From sequence record NC_074635.1: DNA of 34,025 bases. One strand, written 5' to 3'. Shown in pieces: positions 1 to 7,870 of this stretch (position 1 is the stretch's first letter; every line of letters begins with the position of its first letter). Under the pieces are notes generated by a model. The model did not search any database and was not told the DNA's origin. It saw only the letters and a list, made by a program, of their open reading frames with translations. The position numbers were made by a program, and so were the translations under genes.

Positions 1-2
1 GC

Positions 3-114
3 TCCTAAATTCCTAAATTCCTAAATTAGGAATTTCCAAAATTCCAAATTTCCTAATTTCCTAACTTCCTAAATTCCAAAATTCCTAAGTTCCTAATTTC
101 CTAAGTTCCTAAAT
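3..114 (+). repeat. Terminal octamer array (TCCTAAAT-type), likely hairpin-end/replication origin region
   Basis: 14 in-phase 8-mers: 13 direct TCC(T/A)AAN(T) variants plus one inverted unit at 27-34. The reverse complement resembles the rudivirus terminal consensus AATTTAGGAATTTAGGAATTT. Confidence 0.85.
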
Positions 115-705
115 TACAATTTTTTGCATTTTTCAGGTAAATTGCATGAAAAATGAGAAATATTCAAACTTCCTAATTTACAATTAATCTGTCATTTTGC
201 GTAATTTGCACAATTTAGTAAAAATATTCTAAATTTGTAATTTCCTAAATTACAATAAAATGTACATTCTGTGCAATTTATTAAAATTGTAAAATTGTAA
301 AATTGGAAATGATAAATCTTTTCAATTTTTAATTGGAAATGTAGAAATATTTGTAAGTTTGTAAGTTTGTAAAAATTTAACATTTTTAGATTTTTATCTA
401 CCCAACTTGAAAATATATAATTATTTATATTTAGTTTTTTTCGACTTGGGTGAAAAAAATTGTAGTAAAATCTCGTGCGAAATATTAAAATTTACTAAAC
501 ATATTTCTAGTTTATATATAGTTATGCATATTGCACAATTTTAATACTTTCAGTCTAAACGATTTAGTATTTTTTTACTTTCAGTCTTTATGATATTGTA
601 AGATTGAAAGATTTATTAAATTCATTTTACAGTTTTTACGGTTGAAATGTAAGAAATTGAGGTTTTAGAAAGAAAAGTTTAAATAGTGCGAAGCCAAAAG
701 TTATT

Positions 706-825
706 ATGAGTAGCCAAGATTATGCTTCGCCATTTATTATCTATTATAAAAAAATATTAAAAAATTTTCAAATTATCAAATTAAAATATTTTCAATTTGC
801 GTTATTTTCCGTAAACGTAAAATAA
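706..825 (+). CDS. Possible 39-aa ITR-encoded peptide (or ncRNA), left copy
   Basis: Hand translation MSSQDYASPFIIYYKKILKNFQIIKLKYFQFALFSVNVK. Preceded by AGAAAGAAAAG-TTTAAATA (BRE/TATA-like, 667-685) and followed by a T-tract. Confidence 0.3.
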   Translation: MSSQDYASPFIIYYKKILKNFQIIKLKYFQFALFSVNVK

Positions 826-1254
826 CGCATTTTTTGTTTTTTTATTTTTTTGTTTTTAAACCTTAAACCGTTCTTTACTGAGGTTGAAAAAATCGCTCGG
901 TTGAAGAAATTTTATGTTGATAATGTTGAAAAGATTTTAAATAAATAAATGATATATGTTAATATATAATTATATTGCGTATATAGCTATATTATAATAT
1001 AGTATATAGTTATATTACATATTTATGTATATAGTTATATTTTAGTTTAAGCATATTGCACGTATATTATGCGTATATTGCGTACAAGTTATGTTATACT
1101 ATAATATTAGTATATTAGTATATTTTAGTTTGGGGGATATGCATAGGCATGCATATTTTATATTTTTTCAGGCGTTCTTACTTCTCGAATTCAAATCGTT
1201 TAGGTGAGATGAAAGAAAATGGAGAGAAAGAGAAGAAGAAAGAAAGTTAAGCAA

Positions 1255-1279
1255 GATAGAAAGATTTATATACTAGTTT
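1255..1279 (+). promoter_or_regulatory. Conserved early-type promoter, copy 1
   Basis: GATAGAAAGATTTATATACTAGTTT (BRE + TATA + YTWGTTT), with near-identical copies at 30741, 31689, 32265 and 32747. Confidence 0.8.
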
Positions 1280-1307
1280 GGCAAGATATAATATAGGGAT
1301 GAAAAAG

Positions 1308-1685
1308 ATGAAAGAGAAAGTTTCGTATAAAAATGTTCAAAAAGAAGTCCAAATAAAAGACACAATAAATATGATTGAAAAATTCTTAGATATTGAGTTT
1401 GCGATAGAGAGAGTAGATTTGTTAGATGTGCAAGACAATATAATAAAGATTGATTATGAGATTTACGGGATACATACACAATATACTTATGATGTAAGTC
1501 AAGAAATAGTCAAGAAGTTCAATCCAGATTATGTTAGTGGATATCCAGAAAGTGTTGAGCAATTTGAGTGGCTGATAGGTTCTGATGAAGTTAACGGTTA
1601 CAAGGTACAATATCTCAAAGTCTTGACAATTGATCATGTCAAACACGAGATATTGATGAAGAATCGTTTGTTAATCTTTAAGTAA
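1308..1685 (+). CDS. Hypothetical protein (~125 aa), candidate early anti-defence gene
   Basis: ORF track gives 1278..1685. The ATG at 1308 follows GGGATGAAAAAG, matching the AGGTGAAAAAG-ATG layout of a sister promoter. No family recognised. Confidence 0.75.
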   Translation: MKEKVSYKNVQKEVQIKDTINMIEKFLDIEFAIERVDLLDVQDNIIKIDYEIYGIHTQYTYDVSQEIVKKFNPDYVSGYPESVEQFEWLIGSDEVNGYKVQYLKVLTIDHVKHEILMKNRLLIFK

Positions 1686-1733
1686 TTATTTTTTTGTCTT
1701 CTTCTTTTCTTCTTGTTATTTTTTATTTTTTTA

Positions 1734-1769
1734 TCGATAATTTTTCTCATTTTCAATAGATAAATTCAA
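1734..1769 (+). repeat. 36-nt intergenic repeat (partner at 30806-30841, inverted)
   Basis: TCGATAATTTTTCTCATTTT(C/G)AATAGATAAATT(C/G)AA, 34/36 identical between the two copies. Confidence 0.85.
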
Positions 1770-1852
1770 TCTATTTTTATTACTTTTGTTAAGATGTTGT
1801 ATTGTTTTACATTTAAATATGTAAGATTGCTTAGAATTTTTTAGGTGAAAGA

Positions 1853-2218
1853 ATGAATGAAACGATAAATGAATTAAGTCAAATTTTAATAAAAGCTTTA
1901 ACAAACAAGACAAAAATGAAATATTTTTTGAAAAATGTATTTGATTTAGATGATAATATAAAAGTTTTAGCGATAACTAGAAAAAATAGCATAGATAGTT
2001 TAAATGGTTTTATTGAGATAAATCATCATTTGTTTAAATTTAGTACTACACTATTTCAAATTAATGATATTGTAAAAATTACAGTAGAATTAGCACGTGG
2101 GAATGACTTCATAAGAGCGCAGTTTGAAGTTAATTTAGTGCTATTTAACAATGAAAATTCAATATGTTTGCTAGATCCAGTGACAAATGATTATGATTTT
2201 TGCACTGAGGTGAAGTAA
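1853..2218 (+). CDS. Hypothetical protein (121 aa)
   Basis: Clean ORF with AGGTGA SD and a TTTAAATATGTAAGA promoter (1812-1826). Confidence 0.8.
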   Translation: MNETINELSQILIKALTNKTKMKYFLKNVFDLDDNIKVLAITRKNSIDSLNGFIEINHHLFKFSTTLFQINDIVKITVELARGNDFIRAQFEVNLVLFNNENSICLLDPVTNDYDFCTEVK

Positions 2219-2515
2219 ATGCAATATTATAAATGTCCATTTTGCGAAAGACATTTTAAATCTTTTTTTATGCTAAAAGGACATGTAAGAGAAATGCATT
2301 ACAATATTTCAAATTGTCCAATATGCGGTTATAAATGCAATAATATGACGGGATTATTAATACATTTAGCAAAGGCTAAAAATAATCAGCATCTTGCGTA
2401 TTGGTACATTTTTAGAGATTCGCATACAAGAAGAGAAAACAAGTTAAAAATTTTACAAAGACATAATGCGAATGAGAAAGATCTAAAAAACTATTTTAAA
2501 GTTGAGGTAAGTTAA
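2219..2515 (+). CDS. Double C2H2 zinc-finger protein
   Basis: CPFC-x12-HVREMH and CPIC-x12-HLAKAKNNQH. C2H2 proteins are common in crenarchaeal viruses. Confidence 0.85.
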   Translation: MQYYKCPFCERHFKSFFMLKGHVREMHYNISNCPICGYKCNNMTGLLIHLAKAKNNQHLAYWYIFRDSHTRRENKLKILQRHNANEKDLKNYFKVEVS

Positions 2516-2535
2516 ATTAAAAAAATAAAATTTTT

Positions 2536-2706
2536 TTACTTTTTACAATTATGTTTTTCTAGAAATTCTTTCATTAATTGTTCTAAAGCCTCGTTTATAG
2601 TCATATCGTTCAAGTAAACGCAACTCTTAAATTTTATGAAAATTTCTTTATTTATTCTAGTTGACACTACTATTTTTGTTTCATCTTCTTTTTGTTTTGT
2701 ACTCAT
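2536..2706 (-). CDS. Ribbon-helix-helix regulator (56 aa), SvtR-like; missed by ORF track
   Basis: Hand translation MSTKQKEDETKIVVSTRINKEIFIKFKSCVYLNDMTINEALEQLMKEFLEKHNCKK: a beta strand (IVVSTRI) followed by two helices. GAGGGAG SD and TTTAAATATGTAAGA promoter upstream. Confidence 0.8.
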   Translation of the reverse strand: MSTKQKEDETKIVVSTRINKEIFIKFKSCVYLNDMTINEALEQLMKEFLEKHNCKK

Positions 2707-2804
2707 TTTTCTCCCTCATAAAAAAATTAGAAATCTTACATATTTAAATGTGTCAATTTTCTTATGAAAAAAGTTTAAAGGTGTAAGAATTTTAAGTTTT
2801 GAAT

Positions 2805-4046
2805 ATGGTAGATAAAGAATTTACAAGAAAAAGTTCTGGAATTATAAAATCATTAAGTGCAAAAGATTTTTTTAATTTAAATTTACTTTACATGGGAATA
2901 ACTTCAGGAGCTAGTTATCCACTTCTAATTTATTTGTCTTTACCTTCTGCTAACGCTTTTCTATCAGTTTTAATTAGTATTTTGCTTAATCTTCCACTTT
3001 TAATAATGTATTATTATTTAACTCTGAAATTTCCGCAAAATGGTGGAGATTATAATTATATTTTAAAAGCTTTTAATCAAAAAATTGCCTCAATATTTGG
3101 TATAACAATATTATTAGTTTATGCATTTTCTCAGCCGATTTTATCAAGTTTAGAATTATCGCTAGGTTTAGACTTAAAAAACGTTCAATTTTGGATGACT
3201 GAAATCGTAATAATTGTTGGACTACTAATAGTTTTAAATCGTCAAGTTTTCAGATATATGCTATCACTTTTTACAATTTTACAACTTGTTCAAGTAGGAA
3301 TAATATTATATGTTTTATTAATTGCTCATAGTTTTTCAAATTTAGTTAATTTTAGTCTGCGAAGCGCAATGTCATTAGCAATTATTTATAGTTTTTCAAC
3401 ATTTATGTTTATAAATTCACCAAGTTATTTAGCTGGTGAAAGTAAAAATGCTAAAAAATCATTTTTATGGGGATATTTTGGCGCTTATTTTATCGTTGGG
3501 ATGTTAATAGCTTTAATTTCATTGCTTTCTCCATCAAATATTTACTTTATAGCTCTAATTAATTCAGTTTTGCATAGCTATAAAGTTTTAATAATCATAA
3601 ATATGATAGCTTCAACAACTTGGTATTTTTCATATCTTTTAATAAATCAAACGATTGTAAGTAGATTAATCCAACAAATGTCTTTTGACAATATTTTACA
3701 TTCAATGTTTACAAATATGAAATACGTATTATTTTTACTAATGTTACCGATAGTTACAGTTTTGAATTTTATAGAAAATTACTTAGGAATTACTGTAAAT
3801 TTTGCTACAGATGGCTTATTTTTCTTAATTTTAAATTACTTAATTGTTTCGCTTTCAGCTTTAAAGTTATCAAATGTTTTAACGTCTGATGCTAAAAAAA
3901 TAAAAATATTTTCAGTATTGACAATTATAAGTATAATCTTTCAAAGTGCTTATTATGAAATATTTTTAAGGTTTTCAACTCAAAACATTTGGATAATTTT
4001 TATATTTCCCGTAATTGCTTTAATTTATACAATGCTTAAAAGGTGA
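2805..4046 (+). CDS. APC-superfamily amino acid permease-like membrane protein
   Basis: About 11-12 hydrophobic segments. FPQNGGDY resembles the P-x-x-GG-x-Y motif and LAGESKNAKKS resembles the AEE-x-KNP-x-R motif of APC permeases. ATG at 2805 preferred over TTG at 2799. Confidence 0.75.
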   Translation: MVDKEFTRKSSGIIKSLSAKDFFNLNLLYMGITSGASYPLLIYLSLPSANAFLSVLISILLNLPLLIMYYYLTLKFPQNGGDYNYILKAFNQKIASIFGITILLVYAFSQPILSSLELSLGLDLKNVQFWMTEIVIIVGLLIVLNRQVFRYMLSLFTILQLVQVGIILYVLLIAHSFSNLVNFSLRSAMSLAIIYSFSTFMFINSPSYLAGESKNAKKSFLWGYFGAYFIVGMLIALISLLSPSNIYFIALINSVLHSYKVLIIINMIASTTWYFSYLLINQTIVSRLIQQMSFDNILHSMFTNMKYVLFLLMLPIVTVLNFIENYLGITVNFATDGLFFLILNYLIVSLSALKLSNVLTSDAKKIKIFSVLTIISIIFQSAYYEIFLRFSTQNIWIIFIFPVIALIYTMLKR

Positions 4047-4055
4047 TAAGGAGTG

Positions 4056-4211
4056 ATGTGGCAAGATATAATTGAAAAAATGAAAAGATGTATAGATGAA
4101 AATTGTTTATTACAAGTTTTACATGAATGTTATGAAAATTGTAAAGATGATGAATGTGAAAGTATTTGTAATATGCTCTATGAAGAAAGATCAAGAGACC
4201 TTGAATTTTAA
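4056..4211 (+). CDS. Cys-rich acidic microprotein (51 aa); missed by ORF track
   Basis: Hand translation MWQDIIEKMKRCIDENCLLQVLHECYENCKDDECESICNMLYEERSRDLEF, with GGAGTG SD directly after the permease stop. Confidence 0.6.
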   Translation: MWQDIIEKMKRCIDENCLLQVLHECYENCKDDECESICNMLYEERSRDLEF

Positions 4212-4550
4212 CATATATTTTTTTACATTTTTTATATCATCAATTGTTTTTCTGACAATTTGAATATTTATATCATAATGTTGTAAATTATGTTTTTTTA
4301 AATAGTTATGCAATTTCTTATATTCTAGCTTTTTGTTTGTAAAATATAAAATATGAAAATGTTCTTCTTTCGTTTTTTTAGTAAATTCTTTTACGCTTCT
4401 AATTTTTGCGTTTATGTCATGATTGTTCAAAAAGCGGTAGACAAGACGATAAACTTCTCTTGCTTTTATAAATTGATATCTTGATGAAATTGTAATAAAG
4501 TAAGTATAGGCGTAAGAAAAATGTAATTGTTCAACATTTTTTAGTTTCAC
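4191..4550 (-). CDS. rep: Rudivirus HUH-superfamily Rep (replication initiator/nickase)
   Basis: 119 aa with YFITIS (motif I-like), EHFHILY (HUH) and KYMLK (catalytic Tyr). Size and motifs fit SIRV ORF119. Confidence 0.9.
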   Translation of the reverse strand: MKLKNVEQLHFSYAYTYFITISSRYQFIKAREVYRLVYRFLNNHDINAKIRSVKEFTKKTKEEHFHILYFTNKKLEYKKLHNYLKKHNLQHYDINIQIVRKTIDDIKNVKKYMLKFKVS

Positions 4551-4648
4551 ATCTAAAAAGAAACATAATACATATTTAAAGAAAGAAGAATGTAATATTA
4601 GCGTCTTTTAGCGTTTGCTTTTTTTAAAATATTTACATATTGTTAGTC

Positions 4649-4933
4649 ATGGCAGAAAGAAGGGAAAAAATAATAGTTCGTGTTCCAGATGAATTTAAAG
4701 AATTTTTTTATGAAAATAAACAAGAAATTATAAAGAAAGCTTTTGAAATATTAGAACAAAATAACGAGGAAATTGAAAAAGCAAGAAAATTAGACGATTT
4801 TGTTAATTACGGCTCAATTTGTACAATTTCAGTACCGTATGAAATTGCTGAGAAAATTAAAAAGCTAGCAAGCGAAAAAAACGTAAAGCTAAGCAAATTG
4901 CTAAGATACGTAATGTATAATATTAAAAGTTAA
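4649..4933 (+). CDS. Tandem RHH-like DNA-binding protein
   Basis: Two strand-helix-helix units: KIIVRVPDEFKEFF... and ICTISVPYEIAEKIKKLASEKNVKLSKLLRYVM. Confidence 0.65.
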   Translation: MAERREKIIVRVPDEFKEFFYENKQEIIKKAFEILEQNNEEIEKARKLDDFVNYGSICTISVPYEIAEKIKKLASEKNVKLSKLLRYVMYNIKS

Positions 4934-4999
4934 TAGTTTTTTTGTTTGCTAACTTTTAGTTTTAAATATGTAAGATTACATAATCTTTTTTGATGGCAA

Positions 5000-5434
5000 A
5001 TGAGTGAGAAACAAAAAGTCAATCAGTTAGTTCAAATAGTTGAAGATTTACAACAACAAGCTAAAAATGCAAATAAGCCAATCTCAAAGATAATAAAAAT
5101 TAAAGATGCTGACAGTATAGTGCTTCAGTTAAATGCAATACCTAGCAATGGAAATGTAAGAGTTTCATTAACTTTGCATAGACGTGCAAATTTCAAAAAA
5201 CAGATAGGAATTGTAAGTGATGACTATAAAAGTCTTTATGCTATTGCGAAATTCCTTGAAAAATATAAAGATACTTTAGACAAATATATACAATTTAGTA
5301 TCAACAGACAAAATAATAATAATAATGTTGTTGAGATGGATCTTGAGGAAGAAGAACAAACAAAGCAAAGTAAGCAAACTCAAACAACTGAGAAGAAAAG
5401 ACCTCAACATAAATCTGTAGATGAAGAATTTTAA
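5000..5434 (+). CDS. Rudivirus DNA-binding protein (SIRV2 gp17/ORF131-like)
   Basis: Folded N-terminal domain plus a disordered acidic tail ending in DEEF. First gene of the conserved gp17-gp18-gp19 order. Confidence 0.8.
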   Translation: MSEKQKVNQLVQIVEDLQQQAKNANKPISKIIKIKDADSIVLQLNAIPSNGNVRVSLTLHRRANFKKQIGIVSDDYKSLYAIAKFLEKYKDTLDKYIQFSINRQNNNNNVVEMDLEEEEQTKQSKQTQTTEKKRPQHKSVDEEF

Positions 5435-5537
5435 TCAAATCTAGTATCTTTTTTTCAAGTTATATTTTTATTTTTTTATATTATAGTTTGTGTTCCTTCT
5501 TACATATTTTTAAACGTAAGATTTCTACTTTTTAGCT

Positions 5538-6848
5538 ATGAACGAGGAAAGTAGTTACAAATTTCTTCAGGTCTTTAATCAACATTCTTTTTTATATAAT
5601 CCAAGAGATCAAAATAGATTTTTATCTTTGATTATCGGAGAAAAACAAATTGATGAAGAGAAGAAAATAAAAATTTTAAAAGCTTTTGAAGCGGGTACAA
5701 ATTCGCAATATTTTCAATCAAAATTAGCATTTGAAGATGAAGTGAAAATCATAACTAAAATTGTAAGTTTTAAAGAAAAAAATGGCGAAATTGTAGCTAA
5801 ATTTCAAAATGGTTTTATTGGAAAATTTGATCCTCATCTTATAGCAAATAATCCTGATGATTTCTATAATTTGTTACAAACTTTAATGTTTGTAAAAATA
5901 AGAAATAAGCAAATTGAAGATATTTATTCAATTGAGCCTGAAAATAACTATGAAATTGCGAAAGAATTATTTGAAATTGCAGACCAAGAGAATCAACTTT
6001 ATGCTTTACTTTTACAATCTTTTGGCTATGATATTTCTAGAATGGAACCGACAGATATTCTATTAACTTTGCCTAGATTATTTTCGCTTTTTTATTCTCC
6101 AATTTCAAAAAGAAGAATAAATTATATTGAAATTTCAAATAGAGGTACTGCAAAGACGACAACATTTACAATTTTGCAAGAATTTTTCAATTATAGATAT
6201 TATACTGAAGCACCGACTTATGCTAATTTAGTTTATGATGCGAGAAATAATATGTATGGTGCAGTATTTCTATCAAACGGTTTAATTTTTGATGAAATTC
6301 AAAATTGGAAAGAGGCAAAAATGAAGGCAGATGTTGAAATAATTAATTCTACGCTTTCAACCGGATTAGAAAATTGTATTTGGACAAGAGGAGCGGGAGC
6401 GGAATCAAATTTTGCAGTTGTGCATAAATGCCTACCGATAATTTATGCTGGCAATCCGATAAGTTATACTTTAACTGGTTTGCAAAAATATGAAATTGAA
6501 GAATATTTAGATCAATATAAAGTATTTAGTTATGCAATTTTAGATAGAATTCATATTATTCAATTAGCAGTTAAAAAAACTTATGATAAAATTGTCAATG
6601 GAAAAGTTCTTTATCCTAGCGTTTTAAGGGCTTTAGTTGAATTAATTCAACAAAAAATTAACAAAATTACAGATTATATAATTTGTGATAATTTTCAATC
6701 TAGAAGATTTGAGCAATCTGTTGATATACAAATTTTATTAAAAGCTTTAAATATTGATTTATTGCCTCCTGATAGAGAAAAAGAAGAATTTTGTAAACAA
6801 TTAGAGTTTTACATGAGATTTTCAAATCTTGAAGGTGGTGTGAGATGA
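5538..6848 (+). CDS. AAA+/P-loop ATPase (SIRV2 gp18/ORF436-like)
   Basis: 436 aa with a variant Walker A (SNRGTAKTT), Walker B (LIFDE) and an ILDR arginine-finger-like motif. Confidence 0.88.
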   Translation: MNEESSYKFLQVFNQHSFLYNPRDQNRFLSLIIGEKQIDEEKKIKILKAFEAGTNSQYFQSKLAFEDEVKIITKIVSFKEKNGEIVAKFQNGFIGKFDPHLIANNPDDFYNLLQTLMFVKIRNKQIEDIYSIEPENNYEIAKELFEIADQENQLYALLLQSFGYDISRMEPTDILLTLPRLFSLFYSPISKRRINYIEISNRGTAKTTTFTILQEFFNYRYYTEAPTYANLVYDARNNMYGAVFLSNGLIFDEIQNWKEAKMKADVEIINSTLSTGLENCIWTRGAGAESNFAVVHKCLPIIYAGNPISYTLTGLQKYEIEEYLDQYKVFSYAILDRIHIIQLAVKKTYDKIVNGKVLYPSVLRALVELIQQKINKITDYIICDNFQSRRFEQSVDIQILLKALNIDLLPPDREKEEFCKQLEFYMRFSNLEGGVR

Positions 6849-7471
6849 CGTATGAAGATATTATTAAAAAAGCATTTGTTCGAGTTTACGATAAAAATAC
6901 AATATTTCCTAGTGAAATTGGAATATGTGTAAGGAGAAGCTATTTTATGAGGCAAGGCGAAGTACGACTAACTAATGTAACTGAAGAAATGGATATTGGA
7001 ACTGTTTATCATAATGATATAGAAATTAAAATGAGAGATGATCTACATTGTGAGACAGAAGTAAAAGTTGAAGGTGAAATTGAAAATATAAAAATTTCAG
7101 GTAGAATTGATGCAATTTGCAAAACTGATCTTCTTGAATTTAAAATAACTGGATATATACCATTTTCACCAAAGATTTATCATTTACAACAAGTAGCAAT
7201 ATATTACTATTTACTTTCTAAACAAAATAGAAAAATTGATAATGTTTATATTATCTATATTAAAAGAGGGACGTTAGAAGTCAAAGAATTTTTAATCACA
7301 CGTGAGGTTTTAAATTATGCCTTTGAAAATGCGGTTGATTTTATTAAAAAGTTTAAAATTGCAATTGAGAAAAACGATTATAGCTTTATACCTTTAGCAG
7401 ATGCATCATTTTGTAAAAATTGCATATTTAAAAATAAATGTTACGGTGGAATTGATTCATTTCTAAAATAA
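6845..7471 (+). CDS. Cas4-like RecB-family nuclease (SIRV2 gp19/ORF207-like)
   Basis: PSEIGICVRRSYF, GRID...LEFK, QVAIY and C-terminal CKNCIFKNKC (four Fe-S Cys). ATGA-type overlap with the ATPase stop. Confidence 0.9.
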   Translation: MTYEDIIKKAFVRVYDKNTIFPSEIGICVRRSYFMRQGEVRLTNVTEEMDIGTVYHNDIEIKMRDDLHCETEVKVEGEIENIKISGRIDAICKTDLLEFKITGYIPFSPKIYHLQQVAIYYYLLSKQNRKIDNVYIIYIKRGTLEVKEFLITREVLNYAFENAVDFIKKFKIAIEKNDYSFIPLADASFCKNCIFKNKCYGGIDSFLK

Positions 7472-7752
7472 CAATCTACTATAATTTTAACTTTTTTATA
7501 TCTTATACTAATTCTTCCATGTATTGCACTTTTCATCAAGAAGGTTTTTGTTAGATATTTATAAATTTGCATAAATTCTTCTTCATTATTATGCTGATAA
7601 ATATGCGAATCAATTTGTAAAGTTAGTCTATCTTCAAATTCTTCAATTCTATAAAATATAATGATATCATCATATCTCATTTTTACCCAGTTAATTGATT
7701 GGATGAAAAATTGTTCACAAAGATAACGCATTTCATTGTTTTGTTGTAGCAT
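7441..7752 (-). CDS. Hypothetical protein (103 aa)
   Basis: ORF with AAAAAGATTTAAAAT BRE/TATA about 26 nt upstream; converges on the nuclease gene. Confidence 0.65.
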   Translation of the reverse strand: MLQQNNEMRYLCEQFFIQSINWVKMRYDDIIIFYRIEEFEDRLTLQIDSHIYQHNNEEEFMQIYKYLTKTFLMKSAIHGRISIRYKKVKIIVDCYFRNESIPP

Positions 7753-7840
7753 ACTTTGTATTTTTATTTTGCAAATTTTAAATCTTTTTACGTATAGTAC
7801 ATGTTATAATACATTTAATCGAGATTATGCTTATGCATAT

Positions 7841-7870
7841 AAATATGTAAGATTGCAAAGATTTACATAT
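7841..7870 (+). promoter_or_regulatory. TATA+GTAAGA promoter with ATATGTAA-N12-TTACATAT inverted repeat
   Basis: The inverted repeat spans TATA box to start codon. The same layout occurs at 10183-10209. Confidence 0.7.

Larger units (their letters stand above)
1..1322 (+). repeat. Left inverted terminal repeat (1,322 bp)
   Basis: Positions 1-1322 match the reverse complement of 32704-34025 wherever I compared them. Identity stops after ...AAAGAGAAAGTT, where the left copy continues TCG and the right copy GAA. Typical of linear rudivirus genomes. Confidence 0.97.

Noticed and set aside
192-383. 63-aa ITR ORF and its mirror at 33643-33834
   Set aside because: TTG/ATG-poor, low-complexity repeat region (TTGTAAAA and GTAAGTTT tandems), points out toward the terminus and lacks a promoter or SD. 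Probably spurious.
587-610. ATTGAAAG (CRISPR repeat 3' handle) at 603-610, also at 30804-30811 on the minus strand
   Set aside because: Only the last 8 nt match Sulfolobales repeats; the rest is about background identity, and there is no repeat-spacer periodicity. No CRISPR array or mini-array is supported.
945-1160. TA-alternating low-complexity tract with short repeats (ATATAGTTATA, TATATTGCGTA)
   Set aside because: No regular period or strong hairpin by eye; treated as ITR low complexity.
1219-1296. 25-aa basic ORF MERKRRRKKVKQDRKIYILVWQDII after GGTGAG
   Set aside because: It runs through the conserved early promoter, and its composition is explained by a purine tract upstream of the BRE. 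No independent promoter seen.
1279-1310. 14-nt match TGGCAAGATATAAT with 4059-4072
   Set aside because: Short and AT-rich, with different functional contexts (leader versus coding). Could be chance.
4547-4552. ATG-TGA overlapping the GTG start of rep (possible translational attenuator)
   Set aside because: Promoter spacing places the transcript start at about the GTG itself, so the upstream ATG is probably not transcribed.
6845-7471. Cas4-like gene as evidence of a CRISPR-Cas locus
   Set aside because: No other cas genes or array. It is the standard rudivirus gp19-type nuclease in the replication operon.
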